A DNA stretch of 61,043 nucleotides, filler included, from Nemertoderma westbladi (lineage: Eukaryota > Animalia > Xenacoelomorpha): assembly GCA_032718475.1 (NCBI GenBank). It is 3 parts of 3 records of this genome, joined end to end, with 100 filler letters (N's around TTAATTAATTAA, not from the genome) between each part and the next. Parts side by side here need not be neighbours in the genome. Positions count along the whole stretch, not along the records: positions 1 to 21,764 come from JAUCBJ010006600.1; 2 more parts are not named here. One strand, given 5' to 3'. Of this stretch, positions 1-11,562 are shown in pieces. A program made the position numbers and the translations under genes. The number at the start of each line of letters is the position of its first letter. The first letter of the stretch is position 1. The notes under the pieces were generated by a model. It ran no database searches and had not been told where the DNA came from. It was given only the letters and a program-made list of their open reading frames with translations.

Positions 1-1902
1 GGGCGGACGAGGGACAACGGGCGACAAATTGTGAATATTTCGCTCGGGGTCCAGGACCTGAACTGTCTCTTGGGCAGTTCTGCGGGGCACAGGTAGCTTA
101 GTGCTATGCAGAGGGAATTTAGAGGTAGTTTCAGGGAGCACATGTGTGTCTATCACCGAAGGGGTGATTTCAAGAACAGGCCTAATTATTTCAGGCTCAT
201 CTACTATAGTAGGGAGTCTTTCTATTTTAATTATTTGGTCTGTGGGCTCTGTACTACCTAAGTTGGTGTTATTTAGTTGCCTTCTAACAGCTGGAGGCAA
301 ATCAGGCAATTTCTGACGGTGGAATGTTCTTTTACGTCTGCTTAGGCGAGGTCGATTTCCTCCGCCTTCAGTGTCGGTGGTATCGCCTTCCTCAGATGAT
401 GTATACCCCTGTCTCTTGGGAGTAGATCGACTCATCATCTGCATATTGCTCGCTGTTAACTGTTTATTGAAGTTGTCTTGCTTCTCTTGAAGAATTTCCA
501 ACTCTAGTTGGGTTGCCTCTTCAGATGCCCTCCGTTCTGCATCTACCACTGCCTCTGCTGTTGCCAGTGCTGCCTTTCTTTCTGCTTCGGCCGCTGCCTT
601 TGTTGCTGCTACTGCCGCTTTTGCCTCTGCCGCTGCCACTGCCGCTTTTGTTTCTGCCGCTGCCACTGCCGCTGCCGCTTTTGTTTCTGCTTCTGCAGCT
701 GCCACTGCTGCTGCTACTGCCGCTGCCTTTCTGTCTTCTATACGTTTTTTCTTTACTTGTTCTTCCTGGACCTTAACGACGCGGAGTTGTTCATCGAATT
801 TAGCTTGATTAGCCGCTAACCTATCCACGTCGATGGCGTCAAGCACACGCTGTGCTCCTTCACTATTAGGGCTAAGTCCCTCTAGTCTTCTCCACAACTC
901 TTCATCTCCTACAAAACGTTGATAGTCTGACAGATAGATGTCAATGGCATCTCTCTTATGTGGTTTCTCTGCCGTCGCTTCACTTTCCACTTGGGAAAAA
1001 GTGGCGTCCGTCGATTCTCCATGGGTTGAGCGCTCCTCCAACTGAGCTTTCCACTGAGCTGCTCCTTGAACCTGGCGACTCACCCGTTGAAACCAAGTTT
1101 TTACGGCAACTTGCAACGACGTGTCTTGTTTTCTTTTAGAAGCCTCCTCAAAGGCGGATAAGATTAGCCTAATCCGCAAAACTCTTTCTCTAACTTGATA
1201 AAGCAGCGATCCCTGCTCTTGAGGTCCTTGAGGTTGTTGAAACAGTTGTCTCTCTACTCGCTCCATAGAGCTGAAGAATCCCTGGGCGTATCCGGCTGCG
1301 GACCTCTTCCATACAGCTGGATCGATGGTTTCCTTGGCCACTCCCATCCGGTGTATGTCTTCCCAGGCAGCTTCTGATAAATCAAACGGGAGTCCGGGTC
1401 CGGGGAAGTTCCATTGCGACTCGACAATAGACTTCAGTTCTTCACTCGTGTATCCCGCGTAGCTATCTCTAGTTGACCGTTGACTTCTCGCCCAATCGAT
1501 CTGGTGTTCTTCCACCGCGATCAATAACCCAGCGAGCACGGCTGCAGGAAGGATGAGAAGGGGATCCGTATAAACCGCATCCGTCATCTCTGCTCCGCGC
1601 TCGGGTGTCAGCTCTACAGTATCCTCACTACTGGAGCTGCTGGGCCGCTGAGGAATAAATTCTTGACTAGCGGGTTGTTGCTGTTCCGCTGCCTTTTGGT
1701 CCCGCTTGACCTGAGCTCGAGTGCCTATGATAGACCTACGATGTTGGACCAGCCTAGGTTCTGTTATTACTACTGGAGGGATGACCTTCCTCACAGTGGG
1801 AGGTGAACTGGATTTACGACCAGACGTTTGTACGTCTCTATCTGAGTCGCAGATAGTTACATCTAATAAACTGTCTGACAGGTTCTGCTTAGTATCAGAC
1901 AT
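1..1902 (-). CDS. Long ORF (634 codons in window, runs off the left edge), probably N-terminal Gag/ORF1 of an LTR retrotransposon
   Basis: Manual translation from ATG at 1902 (MSDTKQNLSDSLLDVTICDSDRDV...) shows no stop down to base 1. It has an Ala/Glu/Lys-rich coiled-coil-like stretch (~520-780) and a Pro/Thr-rich end. It is missing from the ORF track because its stop is outside the window. Gag identity is inferred from its position downstream of an LTR-like unit; no diagnostic motif is in the window. Confidence 0.7.
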   Translation of the reverse strand, partial: MSDTKQNLSDSLLDVTICDSDRDVQTSGRKSSSPPTVRKVIPPVVITEPRLVQHRRSIIGTRAQVKRDQKAAEQQQPASQEFIPQRPSSSSSEDTVELTPERGAEMTDAVYTDPLLILPAAVLAGLLIAVEEHQIDWARSQRSTRDSYAGYTSEELKSIVESQWNFPGPGLPFDLSEAAWEDIHRMGVAKETIDPAVWKRSAAGYAQGFFSSMERVERQLFQQPQGPQEQGSLLYQVRERVLRIRLILSAFEEASKRKQDTSLQVAVKTWFQRVSRQVQGAAQWKAQLEERSTHGESTDATFSQVESEATAEKPHKRDAIDIYLSDYQRFVGDEELWRRLEGLSPNSEGAQRVLDAIDVDRLAANQAKFDEQLRVVKVQEEQVKKKRIEDRKAAAVAAAVAAAEAETKAAAAVAAAETKAAVAAAEAKAAVAATKAAAEAERKAALATAEAVVDAERRASEEATQLELEILQEKQDNFNKQLTASNMQMMSRSTPKRQGYTSSEEGDTTDTEGGGNRPRLSRRKRTFHRQKLPDLPPAVRRQLNNTNLGSTEPTDQIIKIERLPTIVDEPEIIRPVLEITPSVIDTHVLPETTSKFPLHSTKLPVPRRTAQETVQVLDPERNIHNLSPVVPRPP

Positions 1903-3224
1903 GACTATGTATACCGTTGAATGTCTACTGCTGTATTACAGTCTGAGTAAGTCTAATAACTCAGTATTAACTGCTAGCCTAGTAATTAATTACCGGTACT
2001 GCTACTCAGTGTAGCGTGATATATAATATATTAGAATACCGGTATGCTTATAGTATATATAACTATTATTACAGACTAGGTTTATCACAGAATACCGGTA
2101 TAATTTTAGCACAAATATATATAAATATATAATAGGCCTATCGGAATACCGGTATACAGCTTACAGTTTGTAGTATATATAATTCTGGACTAGAATTAAT
2201 TACAAGTACCGGTATAATTTCAGCCTAAATTTATAGAAATAAAGATAATAGGCCTATCGTAAATACCGGTATATCAATTATTTTAAATAATTGAATTTCT
2301 GAATTTTAGGGTTACTTGGTTACTTTACTTACTTTATTACCGTTATTTGAGCAGTAATCCAACTGATATTGAGACCTAATGGTTGTATGGTAGGCCTACG
2401 ATTTATAAATCGTTAGATTTGATTTATAATATATATATACCCGTTTTAGTGGGTTTTGTCAATGTTTGAAATAAATGTTATTATTTCTGGGGTAATCACT
2501 ACACAAAGCGGTGCGCTTTTAGTGAAGTGTTACGTATGAGACACTAAAACAAATAATACTAATTTACCTAAGTTACTTAATACTACAAATTACGTACAAT
2601 TCGGGTGAGATTACAATCTCTAAATAAACACAAAATTTACAAAACACAAATACGAATTTTTAGGGTTATTTTACAAGAAGTCTACAAACCAGCCTAACAA
2701 AGGGTTAGAAAACTGGTTATTACACGGACAGGGTACTACGGTGTTTTGAAATAATAAGTAGTAGTAAATACACTGCGTTGTCTAGATAGGAAAATACCAC
2801 CGCCTGACGACCTATAGCCGTATCGCTATAGGTTCTACGTTATGTATCACGGAGTGTTCCTACCTAGAAGTTAATAGAGCTAATCGAATGTGCCTATCAA
2901 CCACTTTACAACACAGATATAATGTCTACAATAATTACTTCGGAAAGTACTGTACACTAAACCCTAAATTAGGTACGAGTACTTGTACAACAGATAATCT
3001 GTAGTTAAATATACTTGAACAGCTAAAAGAACCACGGCATCTGCTGGAGTGACCGATGCACAAAATCACCAGTGTTTACCTACGCCAAACAGCCCGTGTA
3101 GTACCGGGGTTAATTTAACTATAGCGGTATGTATAACAAACACAATTACTGTAGGAACAAACTTGGGGAATGAATGTTGCGGATAATCGCATAAACTCTG
3201 AATAATAAATATTACGCTACGCGT

Positions 3225-3770
3225 ACAAACTACTCAAACAAAATACAGACCGAACACTGACAGACTACTATCAAGCCTAAACAAACTACGGTATATGCAG
3301 ACTCCGAAATGATTAGGGAGTATGCGCTCTAACCCAGTAGTGCGACTTATTCTTTAGTTGGGGGTTTACGTTGGGGGCGTTGCTGCCCCTACTTCCTAAC
3401 CGTACTTAATCGGACAGATGATCTACACACGCGGCAATCCGTTCAGACCTAATAACAGCCAGACAACTATCCAGCCTACAAATTATCTAAATAAAATTAT
3501 ACGCTACCCGTACAGACTTACACAAACAAAGTACAGACTAAACGATGGCAGACTACTCTCAAGCCTAAATAAACTACAGGACATGCAGACTCCGAAATGA
3601 TTAGGGAGTATGCGCTCTAACCCAGTAGTGCGACTTATTCTTTAGTTGGGGGTTTACCTCACTGCGTTCGCTGCCCCTACTTCCTAATCGTACTTAATCA
3701 GTGCACTGCAATCCGTTCGGACTTAACAGCAATCAGACAACAGCTCAGCCTACAAATCGTCTGTACAATC
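3225..3770. repeat. ~295-bp direct duplication in the retroelement leader
   Basis: cagactccgaaatgattagggagtatgcgctctaacccagtagtgcgacttattctttagttggggg occurs at ~3298 and ~3587, with similar flanks. Confidence 0.85.
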
Positions 3771-3977
3771 TGATCAGGTTTACACGCCTTCTGTTCAATA
3801 CTGGCCTACAAACAAATAAAACTGACAGAAATAAGTAAGCTCCAAAAGAAACAAGGGGTGTACAGTCCCTAATCTCTTAAACAGCCTACCGGTATACAAC
3901 AATCAAATCGAATAATACTAGTGTACTTATACGGCAGTACCGGTTCTAGCGGTTGGGCCTACTGACCTACAGGTGTA

Positions 3978-5245
3978 GGGGAAAGTGGGGGAATTAGAAA
4001 CACTTTTTGGATTTTAAAAAATTAAAAGTGCCCTCATTTCTACACAAACATTTATAGAGGAATTATAACTATAGATTTAGAATCATGCATCTCCCTGCTA
4101 ACAATAGAACATCCTATCTCGTCTGCCTATCACTATCTAGTAGTGACAGGCAGACGAGATTTTTTTTAAGTCGAGATTGTTTCCATTTACCCCACAATGG
4201 GGTAAATGGAAACACGGTTTGCCTCCCAATATTTAAATCAACCAGAAATTCACATGGGGTAATTGGAATATTTCGAATTACCCCATGAGAATGTGGATTA
4301 AATTGCGCACATTTTGATATATAACATGCCTATGTTGCCACATATGTTTAATATTTAAAGTGTTCACAAACTTAAAAAAATTAACAGAGATATGCATGTT
4401 TGCAAATAAATGACATCCAGCAACAATTTTGATATATGAAAACTAATTATAGCACTTTATATAACTAAATTAAACACCTACAAGTAAGTTATTATGTCTA
4501 TTGCAAGATATTGCATAGTCAAATTATTGCATAAAGTTGTTGGTTATACTTCTGTACTGTATATGGGCCTTCAGCACAGATATATATAGCACAGATATTG
4601 TTTTAAGTAGCGCTTGGTTCTTGGGCAATGTATTTTAGCATGGCTGGTATACAAAACACACCACGATTATTACATGGTGCTACTTGGTAATTTGGTATAT
4701 CTACTGAATTACTTGGTCTTTAGAGTAAAAACAAAGATCCTCCTTTACCGGCCACTTCCAGTTTATCCAGCTCCCAGCTGGAGCCGCTGGAGCTGGAGAC
4801 TACTGTATTACAAGGAAAACTTACAAGTTATAAAAAAATAATGTTTCCAATTACCCCATGGCACTAAAATTTGACCATTTTTAAAATCATGTTGAACAAA
4901 CAAATTTTTAATTATGCTATCATTTAATTAGGTTGTCTACTGTATAGAGGACATAATAAGCTTTAAATTAAGCTATTGCTTAAGATGATTGGAATACGAC
5001 ATCGCTCACAATCCATCTGTAAATTTGCAAAAAAATAATCGAAAATTTGATTTTTTTTCATCTCTTATACAATCAGCGATTTGACAATGAAGAAGTGAAA
5101 ATAAACGCCATATTCCTATTGGAAAAATAATCACCAATAATTTATCTCAATAAACATCAAAATGTCATGTCTATACATACAAAAGCATGCATGTAGTAGC
5201 CATTGCTTCTAATTACCCCATGTTTCTAATTCCCCCACCTTCCCC
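3978..5245. mobile_element. Non-autonomous Tc1/mariner (pogo-like) DNA transposon inserted in the LTR element leader
   Basis: TIRs GGGGAAAGTGGGGGAATTAGAAACA / TGTTTCTAATTCCCCCACCTTCCCC are flanked by TA (3976-3977, 5246-5247). Internal ATTACCCCAT/ATGGGGTAA motifs recur. No transposase ORF. Confidence 0.75.
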
Positions 5246-6539
5246 TACTGTTCAGGTTTACCGGTTGACCGGTACTTTCAACTTTATTGCTTACTGCAAT
5301 AAAGAAGCTATATCCTTTAATGTTCGCGCTTTCAGACCTTTGGCAGTTTAACCCACCAAATTAAGATGTCTTCTAGATATTAAATCAGTTTTTAGTCTAT
5401 GACAGTATGACAAGTATTTGATTCACTACACTAGTCGAAACCAATCCGTGCGCGACCATTCACCCGCTGGAGATTCCCGGGAGATTGGGTTCGACGGTTT
5501 AATTTTATTGCTATGTAAGCCTAATGTATTATTCGACTGACAGTATTATATAATCTCTGACAATATTATTCACCTTCGGGAATATTAACAGTTCCTTTAG
5601 GACGTGGCGCTTTATCTATATAAACAGAGTTATGACTTAAACTACTCACAACGATATGGCTTAATTATAATTCACATATATGGCGCATTCTTTAGGAATT
5701 GCTTCTTTAACAGACTCACTCATACACAATGCTGCACAATACTGCACACTAATCTGCCAATCTTCACTGATTTTAGTCACATATAAAAGGAACACAGACT
5801 GACTCATGTAGGGTCTATCAAATAACATTAGATTCACTTCAAACCACTTTAACATAAGTCACAATCGTTTATCTGTAACCCTTCTCTCTTACCTTCGGTA
5901 TATCAAGAATATTGGGTTTCGGGGTTATTTATCGTTATTCCCAATATAATTATTCATCAACCATATTATGAAGAACCGACGGTAAATAGCAGTATAAAAC
6001 AACAATGAAAACACTGATTGTTATGAGTTTGCAATGTTTCAGCAGTCAGTATGTATGATCAGTTAGCAGTGATTCCATGAGTCAGGTAGTTAAAGGATAT
6101 ATGCCCTTTATAATTAAACCTACTAGTGTAAGACTAAAAACAGTAAAGCACAAAATACTTCCAAGCCGTTCTTTCTTTGGCTCAGGACTGAATGTAAACA
6201 CTGCACATAGGCATTGCGTCATTTCTCGGAAATTTTCTGTACAAGGAGCCACAAAAACGCTCTAATTGGCTGACTGAACTGAGAGACGCCGTAGAACAAA
6301 GGAAATCAACACGTATGAATGTCAGCTGTTAACCGTAGTCATAGTAACTACTGTTCAAGAGTAGCTATCACCCCTTTGCGTCACGAATTGCCATAGAATC
6401 ATAAAATATGCCTTTCACAGTACACATACGGAGGAAATAGGTCTTAGATCCTCTAAAAACACCGATACAGCAATAATACGGTCTCTTACACTTATTAAAT
6501 CAACTACAGAGTATTTTAATGTAAAAGATAATAAAAATA

Positions 6540-6990
6540 ACGGGGCAATTCAGCAAAGGCTTTTACAAAAGGAGATCTAGTCATACCAACAAACTATCGT
6601 GGGATCTGTCTGCTTGTGGTAGCTGCCAAAATATACATCAAAATGATTAAATATTAAATTTGGCTTCGTATGGAGAAACTAAATTTCGACCTAATAGTCA
6701 ACGAATTGATGGTTGCTACACAAGACCACTAAGGGCAGCCCTAAACAACAGCTGGAGACAAAGCATGACAAACGCCGAGCTTTATGGTACAATACCACCT
6801 GTATCAACCACCATCCGTGAACGCAGATTAAGATTCAGTGGGCACTGCTGGCGAAGTAAAGACGAGGTCATACCAGATCTACTTTTCTGGCAACCAACAC
6901 AAGGAACGTGTAGCCATGGACGACCGGCTATGACATATATAGACCAGCTTGAAAGGGATACTGAACTTGAGAGAAACGAAATTGCCTCAT
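6540..6990 (+). mobile_element. Decayed RTE-clade LINE fragment
   Basis: ORF 6660-7040 contains IRERRLRFSGHCWR...LLFWQP...GRP (RTE C-terminus) and is near-identical to 35664-35951. Confidence 0.8.
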
Positions 6991-7122
6991 TTGTAATTTG
7001 CTCTCATTTCCACTGTCCGAGTTTGCTCGACCTTATTTAGTAGAAGTAGTATTCTGCAATATAATAGTTATGAAATACCAAAATAGAAGTTCCTTGTATG
7101 AAATATCTATGTTTCGACTTAC

Positions 7123-7359
7123 AGATACATTTGTTGAAGAATTGGGGCGTATACCCGGGCATTAGAAAGTCCCCAGATCCAGAGCAGTCGTTGCAAGAAG
7201 TTCCGTCGCCTGACATAACGAACCCCCAGTCACAGGCAATCACTTTAGAGTATATTTCTTCGAGGATTTCCGATTGTGTTTCCTGAGTCCGTGTCGCATG
7301 TACTGCCTCAATGTAAGCAGGGGAAGATTTCTGGAGGTATTGGTTTGCACCAGGGCCAG
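7123..7359 (-). CDS. Exon E of Cys-rich Ephrin_rec_like-repeat protein
   Basis: TTGCAG|CT acceptor at 7359 and T|GTAAGT donor at 7123; 237 nt, phase 1-1; SGPGANQYLQKSSPAYIEAVHATRTQETQSEILEEIYSKVIACDWGFVMSGDGTSCNDCSGSGDFLMPGYTPQFFNKCI. Confidence 0.8.
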
Positions 7360-7429
7360 CTGCAACGATGGGAAATAATGTAACAATTTGGTGTATTATA
7401 GATAAATTATTTTTATAAAATATTATCGG

Positions 7430-7783
7430 TACTAAAAAGGCGAGGTAGCCTCTGGGTCGCCCTCAGTTCGTGTCGCCTCCGGATTCGCGGAGTGTTGGTT
7501 GCTACTAAAAAGGCGAGGTAGCCTCCGGGTCGCCCTCAGTTCGTGTCGCCTCCGGCTTCGGCAGAGTGTTGGTTGCTACTAAAAAGGCGAGGTAGCCTCC
7601 GGGTCGCCCTCAGTTCGTGTCGCCTCCGGCAGAGTGTTGGTTGCTACTATAAAGGCGAGGTAGACTCTGGGTCGCCCTCAGTTCGTGTCGCCTCCGGCTT
7701 CGGCAGAGTGTTGGTTGCTACTAAAAAGGCGAGGTAGCCTCCGGGTCGCCTCCGGCTTCGGCAGAGTGTTGGTTGCTACTAAA
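7430..7783. repeat. 74-bp GC-rich minisatellite, ~5 copies, intronic
   Basis: Unit ctactaaaaaggcgaggtagcctccgggtcgccctcagttcgtgtcgcctccggcttcggcagagtgttggttg; some copies have internal deletions. Confidence 0.9.
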
Positions 7784-7952
7784 ACTCCACTAATTTCTTA
7801 TTGTACAGTAAGTAAATTAATGCCATTAGAGCACATAAGTAAATTTAGAAATTTTCCAAGTTATTAATCAGCATCGACTGGAATAGAATAACATGAGAAA
7901 AATAATTAAATAATAAATAAAAATATTTAAAAATCAATAATTAGTAACTTAC

Positions 7953-8129
7953 ATATACAATTGTCAGTTGAAGCTGCACCGGATTTGTAACCAGCGGTGT
8001 ACGGCTGGGAGGCGGGGCACCAATTACACCAGAATGCACCGGTTACGTCGTTGTATGTGTTCCTCGGGCAGTCGTCGCAAGCTGGAGTGCCGAGTCTATT
8101 GTTAAAGTACTTGCCGACCTCACACGAAT
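7953..8129 (-). CDS. Exon D: Ephrin_rec_like (GCC2_GCC3)-type repeat
   Basis: AATAG|AT acceptor and T|GTAAGT donor; 177 nt, phase 1-1; DSCEVGKYFNNRLGTPACDDCPRNTYNDVTGAFWCNWCPASQPYTAGYKSGAASTDNCI fits the C-x2-CP-x2-TY...C-x2-CP...GA-x-S...C pattern. Confidence 0.88.
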
Positions 8130-8573
8130 CTATTATATAAAGTAAACACTTGTGTATTATAAAGTAACTCCCTGTTATTATTGGACTATTATTATGGGAT
8201 GTCCCTTAACAGTCAAACTTAATCCTTGAACTTTCACTTTCAGTATCAGGGGATTCAGTTTATTGCTTAATAGCACAGTAAATAGCCTACTCTACACATA
8301 ATGTTACTTAGTAATTACTGCTGATAGGATAAAATTCAAGTATGTTTGATTTTAATAATTACATATTTTTTTTATTCGCAGGCGTTTTACGTTAAAGTAG
8401 CAAAAATGGTATTAAAACATGATATAATTTCAGTTGCAGATTATCGAATTATTTTAATAATATACGTTTTGGAACAAATTTTCAGTTTACTTTCAATGTT
8501 CAGCACAGCAGCACAGCAGCACGAGCACACCGCGCCCCGAACGAAAGATGGAGTTATCATATGACTTACTAAC

Positions 8574-8709
8574 CTTTGCAGGAATCTGCACCTTTGTCAT
8601 TGATTCCATCAGTTGTCTTACCAGTTTCGCATGCTTGACAGGTAACACCTTGAGCATACGATCCCTTCTTACAGACACACATACCTTCACCATCAACATC
8701 CACAAGAAC
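8574..8709 (-). CDS. Exon C of Cys-rich repeat protein
   Basis: TTTCCCTTAG|GTT acceptor and AAAG|GTTAGT donor; 136 nt, phase 0-1; VLVDVDGEGMCVCKKGSYAQGVTCQACETGKTTDGINDKGADSCK; similar to exon A. Confidence 0.85.
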
Positions 8710-9589
8710 CTAAGGGAAATCCAAGATATATTTATTCCAGAATATTAATTAGTTAGATAATTTTTAGAAATATTCTAGATCAAAGAAGGGATGTTATTCG
8801 ATAAAGTAATTTTCTACAGTGATGATTTAGCACGGTGGAGCTAAGCGAGGGCCAATATGCCAACGAGTGTAAAACGCAATAGATGAGCGAAGTATCATAT
8901 TTCTATATAACTAAAACTAGTTTGAAAGATCCGACTTTCTGAATTAAACATTTAAAGTCAAAATATACACACTTCTACAATGAGCATCGTTTTGGGGGAT
9001 GGTCTGAAACACCATCACAATTCCAGGACTCCCCCCACCCGGTTAAATTTACATCCATATTTAAATATCTAAATCATACATTTTAGTGAAAATCTTTCAC
9101 ATCAACTATTGAAAATTATTCGGGATTAAAAAATATAACTTTTTCACTATATTGTTATTTTAGGCATGTTTTTATTTACCGAGCGCTAGCGAGGTTAGTA
9201 AAGGGTCGAGAGAATATTGAAAAAAAATGTTAACTACGTTTTTTTCCCAAGTAATACGTAAATATATCATACAGTAGCTTAGTACATTTTTGTTTCTTAA
9301 TTACTTATGGGGGGGGGGGGGGGGGGGGGGTAACTCCTAAGGATATTTTTTAAAACAGCTCTAATATCGTGTGATCGGTCAATAGCACTGTTACCTTGTG
9401 TTCAGCCAACGTGGGGGGGGGGATCAAAATAGCAACAAAAATGGAAATTTGACGATTTTTTGTCTCCCTCCAGCGGCGAACGGCGGATATAAAATAATAT
9501 TTTCACTAAAAACACTACTAGTCCCTTAATATTGATCCAAATATTTTGAGACCAACTTTTTTGGACTCAGCACCTTCGAATCTACAATA

Positions 9590-10150
9590 ATTAATTGTAT
9601 TAATTAATTGTATTAATTTAATTAAAATTAATTATTTAAATTAAAATTAAATAATTAAATTAAAATTAATTAATTAAATTAAAATTAATTAATTTTAAAT
9701 AAATTAATTAATTTTAATTGAATTAATTCATTTTAATTAAATTAATTAATTTTAATTAGATATTAATTAATTTTAATTAAGTTAATTAATTTTAATTAAA
9801 TTAATTAATTTTAATTAAATTAATTAATTTTAATTAAATTAATTAATTTTAATTAAATTAATTAATTTTAATTAAATTAATTAATTTTAATTAAATTAAT
9901 TAATTTTAATTAAATTAATTAATTTTAATTAAATTAATTAATTTTAATTAAATTAATTAATTTTAATTAAATTAATTAATTTTAATTAAATTAATTAATT
10001 TTAATTAAATTAATTAATTTTAATTAAATTAATTAATTTTAATTAAATTAATTAATTTTAATTAAATTAATTAATTTTAATTAAATTAATTAATTTTAAT
10101 TAAATTAATTAATTTTAATTAAATTATTTAATTTTAATTAAATTCATTAA
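9590..10150. repeat. A/T-only 19-bp minisatellite
   Basis: Unit ttaattaattttaattaaa; the first ~100 bp are in the opposite orientation. Confidence 0.9.
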
Positions 10151-11562
10151 AATTCGCAATAATATTTAAACAATTTTTTTCTAAAATGTGCTGGAGAATT
10201 GTTCAAGATCTTCAAAAAATATTTCAGACAAGTCATAAATTATCGAAATTGAGCGTAAAACTTCCGAGTACAGTAGTAAGTAGTAGGCTATTTTGAAAAA
10301 TTGAAAAATGTAATTCAGAGATAATTTGCTTTAAAGTTTGAACCTTCCCGCCCAAACATGTTTGTCTGTGGTCTGTTAATCGGTTAGTAATGTTTGGCAC
10401 TATGGCTTAATACCAACTCAATAAAAGTATCAATAAGGGGGTTTTCTGGGTAGTTTATTTTATTTCCGATGTCACTTTTAATATTTGCTGGTATCTAATA
10501 AGTCTGTCTGACGGTTTGTCTGTCAGTCTGTAATCTAAATTTTGATCGATTTTAGAATTAAAAAAGACCTCGCAGCCTTTTTAGGATTTGAAATCCCCAT
10601 TAAATTCTGCAGGCTCTACGTTAATCCAATATTGAAATTATTGAAATCGTATGGGCCAGATGGATATTTAAATACTCTCCAAACATTACTTATTGTTGAT
10701 GACTCAGCGATAGGCAACGTCCCGCGAAAAGTGTTTACAAAAGTTGGAGGCGTTAATGAGTTTCTGTAAAGATTATGGCCTTAAAATCAATCAGAAAAAA
10801 TAACTTTATGGAAATATAATAATATGTGGCTCTGGGTATGATCTATTTCAAATTATAGTTAATAATAATAACTTGACCATTGTGAATTGTACACAATGTT
10901 TACTTCGCTAGTACAATCTGGAAGGATCACGGAAAGTATTAATTTGTATCCACTATTGACATGAAGCTGCAACAAATACTTCTTGCAAAACTTGGGGTAA
11001 TGTAATTGAATTGTGTAACCTTTGACTCGCTAATGGTTATTTTCATCGACTCGGTATTTTGTAACCTTTGACTCTTTGTAACCTTCGAAGCGGAATCCTA
11101 CACCGCGGTTCCGTAAAAATTTGCTTGACAGAGTTGTAAAAAGTAAGAAGTTTATCGAGAATTTAGCCCATCACTCCAGAAAAACTCGATTTTCCAGGAG
11201 ATTTACAACCCACGGCTTCCATCACAAACTCTGTTCAACTACTACTTTTCACTCTCCAACCTCAGAATGTATCTGTAAATTTTTTCAATTCTGCCAGCGA
11301 CCGATAGAACGCCCTTACTTGCCCACAGACCCCCCCCCCCCCTTTGTCAACTCTATCTAACCTCTAGCTACCTCATATATTATTTTATTATTTTACAGAT
11401 TAAATATATTTTATAGTATTGCCGATTGACCCGGCTGGGGGCATAGATTAATATAATAGATATAGATAAAAGATATTGTCAGAAATTATATATAATGTTA
11501 TATATAAACGCATGGTACCAATTACATAAGTGTTAAAAATTGAAATGATGGTGATGGGATAT

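Larger units (their letters stand above)
1..6490 (-). mobile_element. 5' part of an LTR retrotransposon (5' LTR ~5367-6490, long 5' leader, ORF1), inside an intron of the Cys-rich gene
   Basis: Minus strand TGTAAGAGAC at 6490 ... ACA at 5367, followed by TCTTAATTTGGTGGG (PBS-like TGG). TATA-like (~5620) and AATAAA (~5505) lie inside the putative LTR. The second LTR is not in the window, so boundaries and superfamily are unverified. Confidence 0.55.

Noticed and set aside
508-819. Poly-Cys and poly-Leu/Pro ORFs (508-819, 513-776)
   Set aside because: Antisense shadows of the Ala-rich GCA/GCG tract of the real minus-strand ORF
8570-8573. Alternative GTAAGT donor 4 nt downstream of exon C
   Set aside because: It gives phase 2, incompatible with exon D (phase 1)
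8493-8705. ORF-track protein MWMLMVKV...
   Set aside because: Wrong frame; the spliced frame VLVDVDGEGMCVC fits exon phases and the Cys pattern
10540-10960. ORF 10542-10769 as an extra exon or gene
   Set aside because: Looks like a decayed LINE RT scrap (VDDSAI...YGLKIN); exons B and C already join in phase
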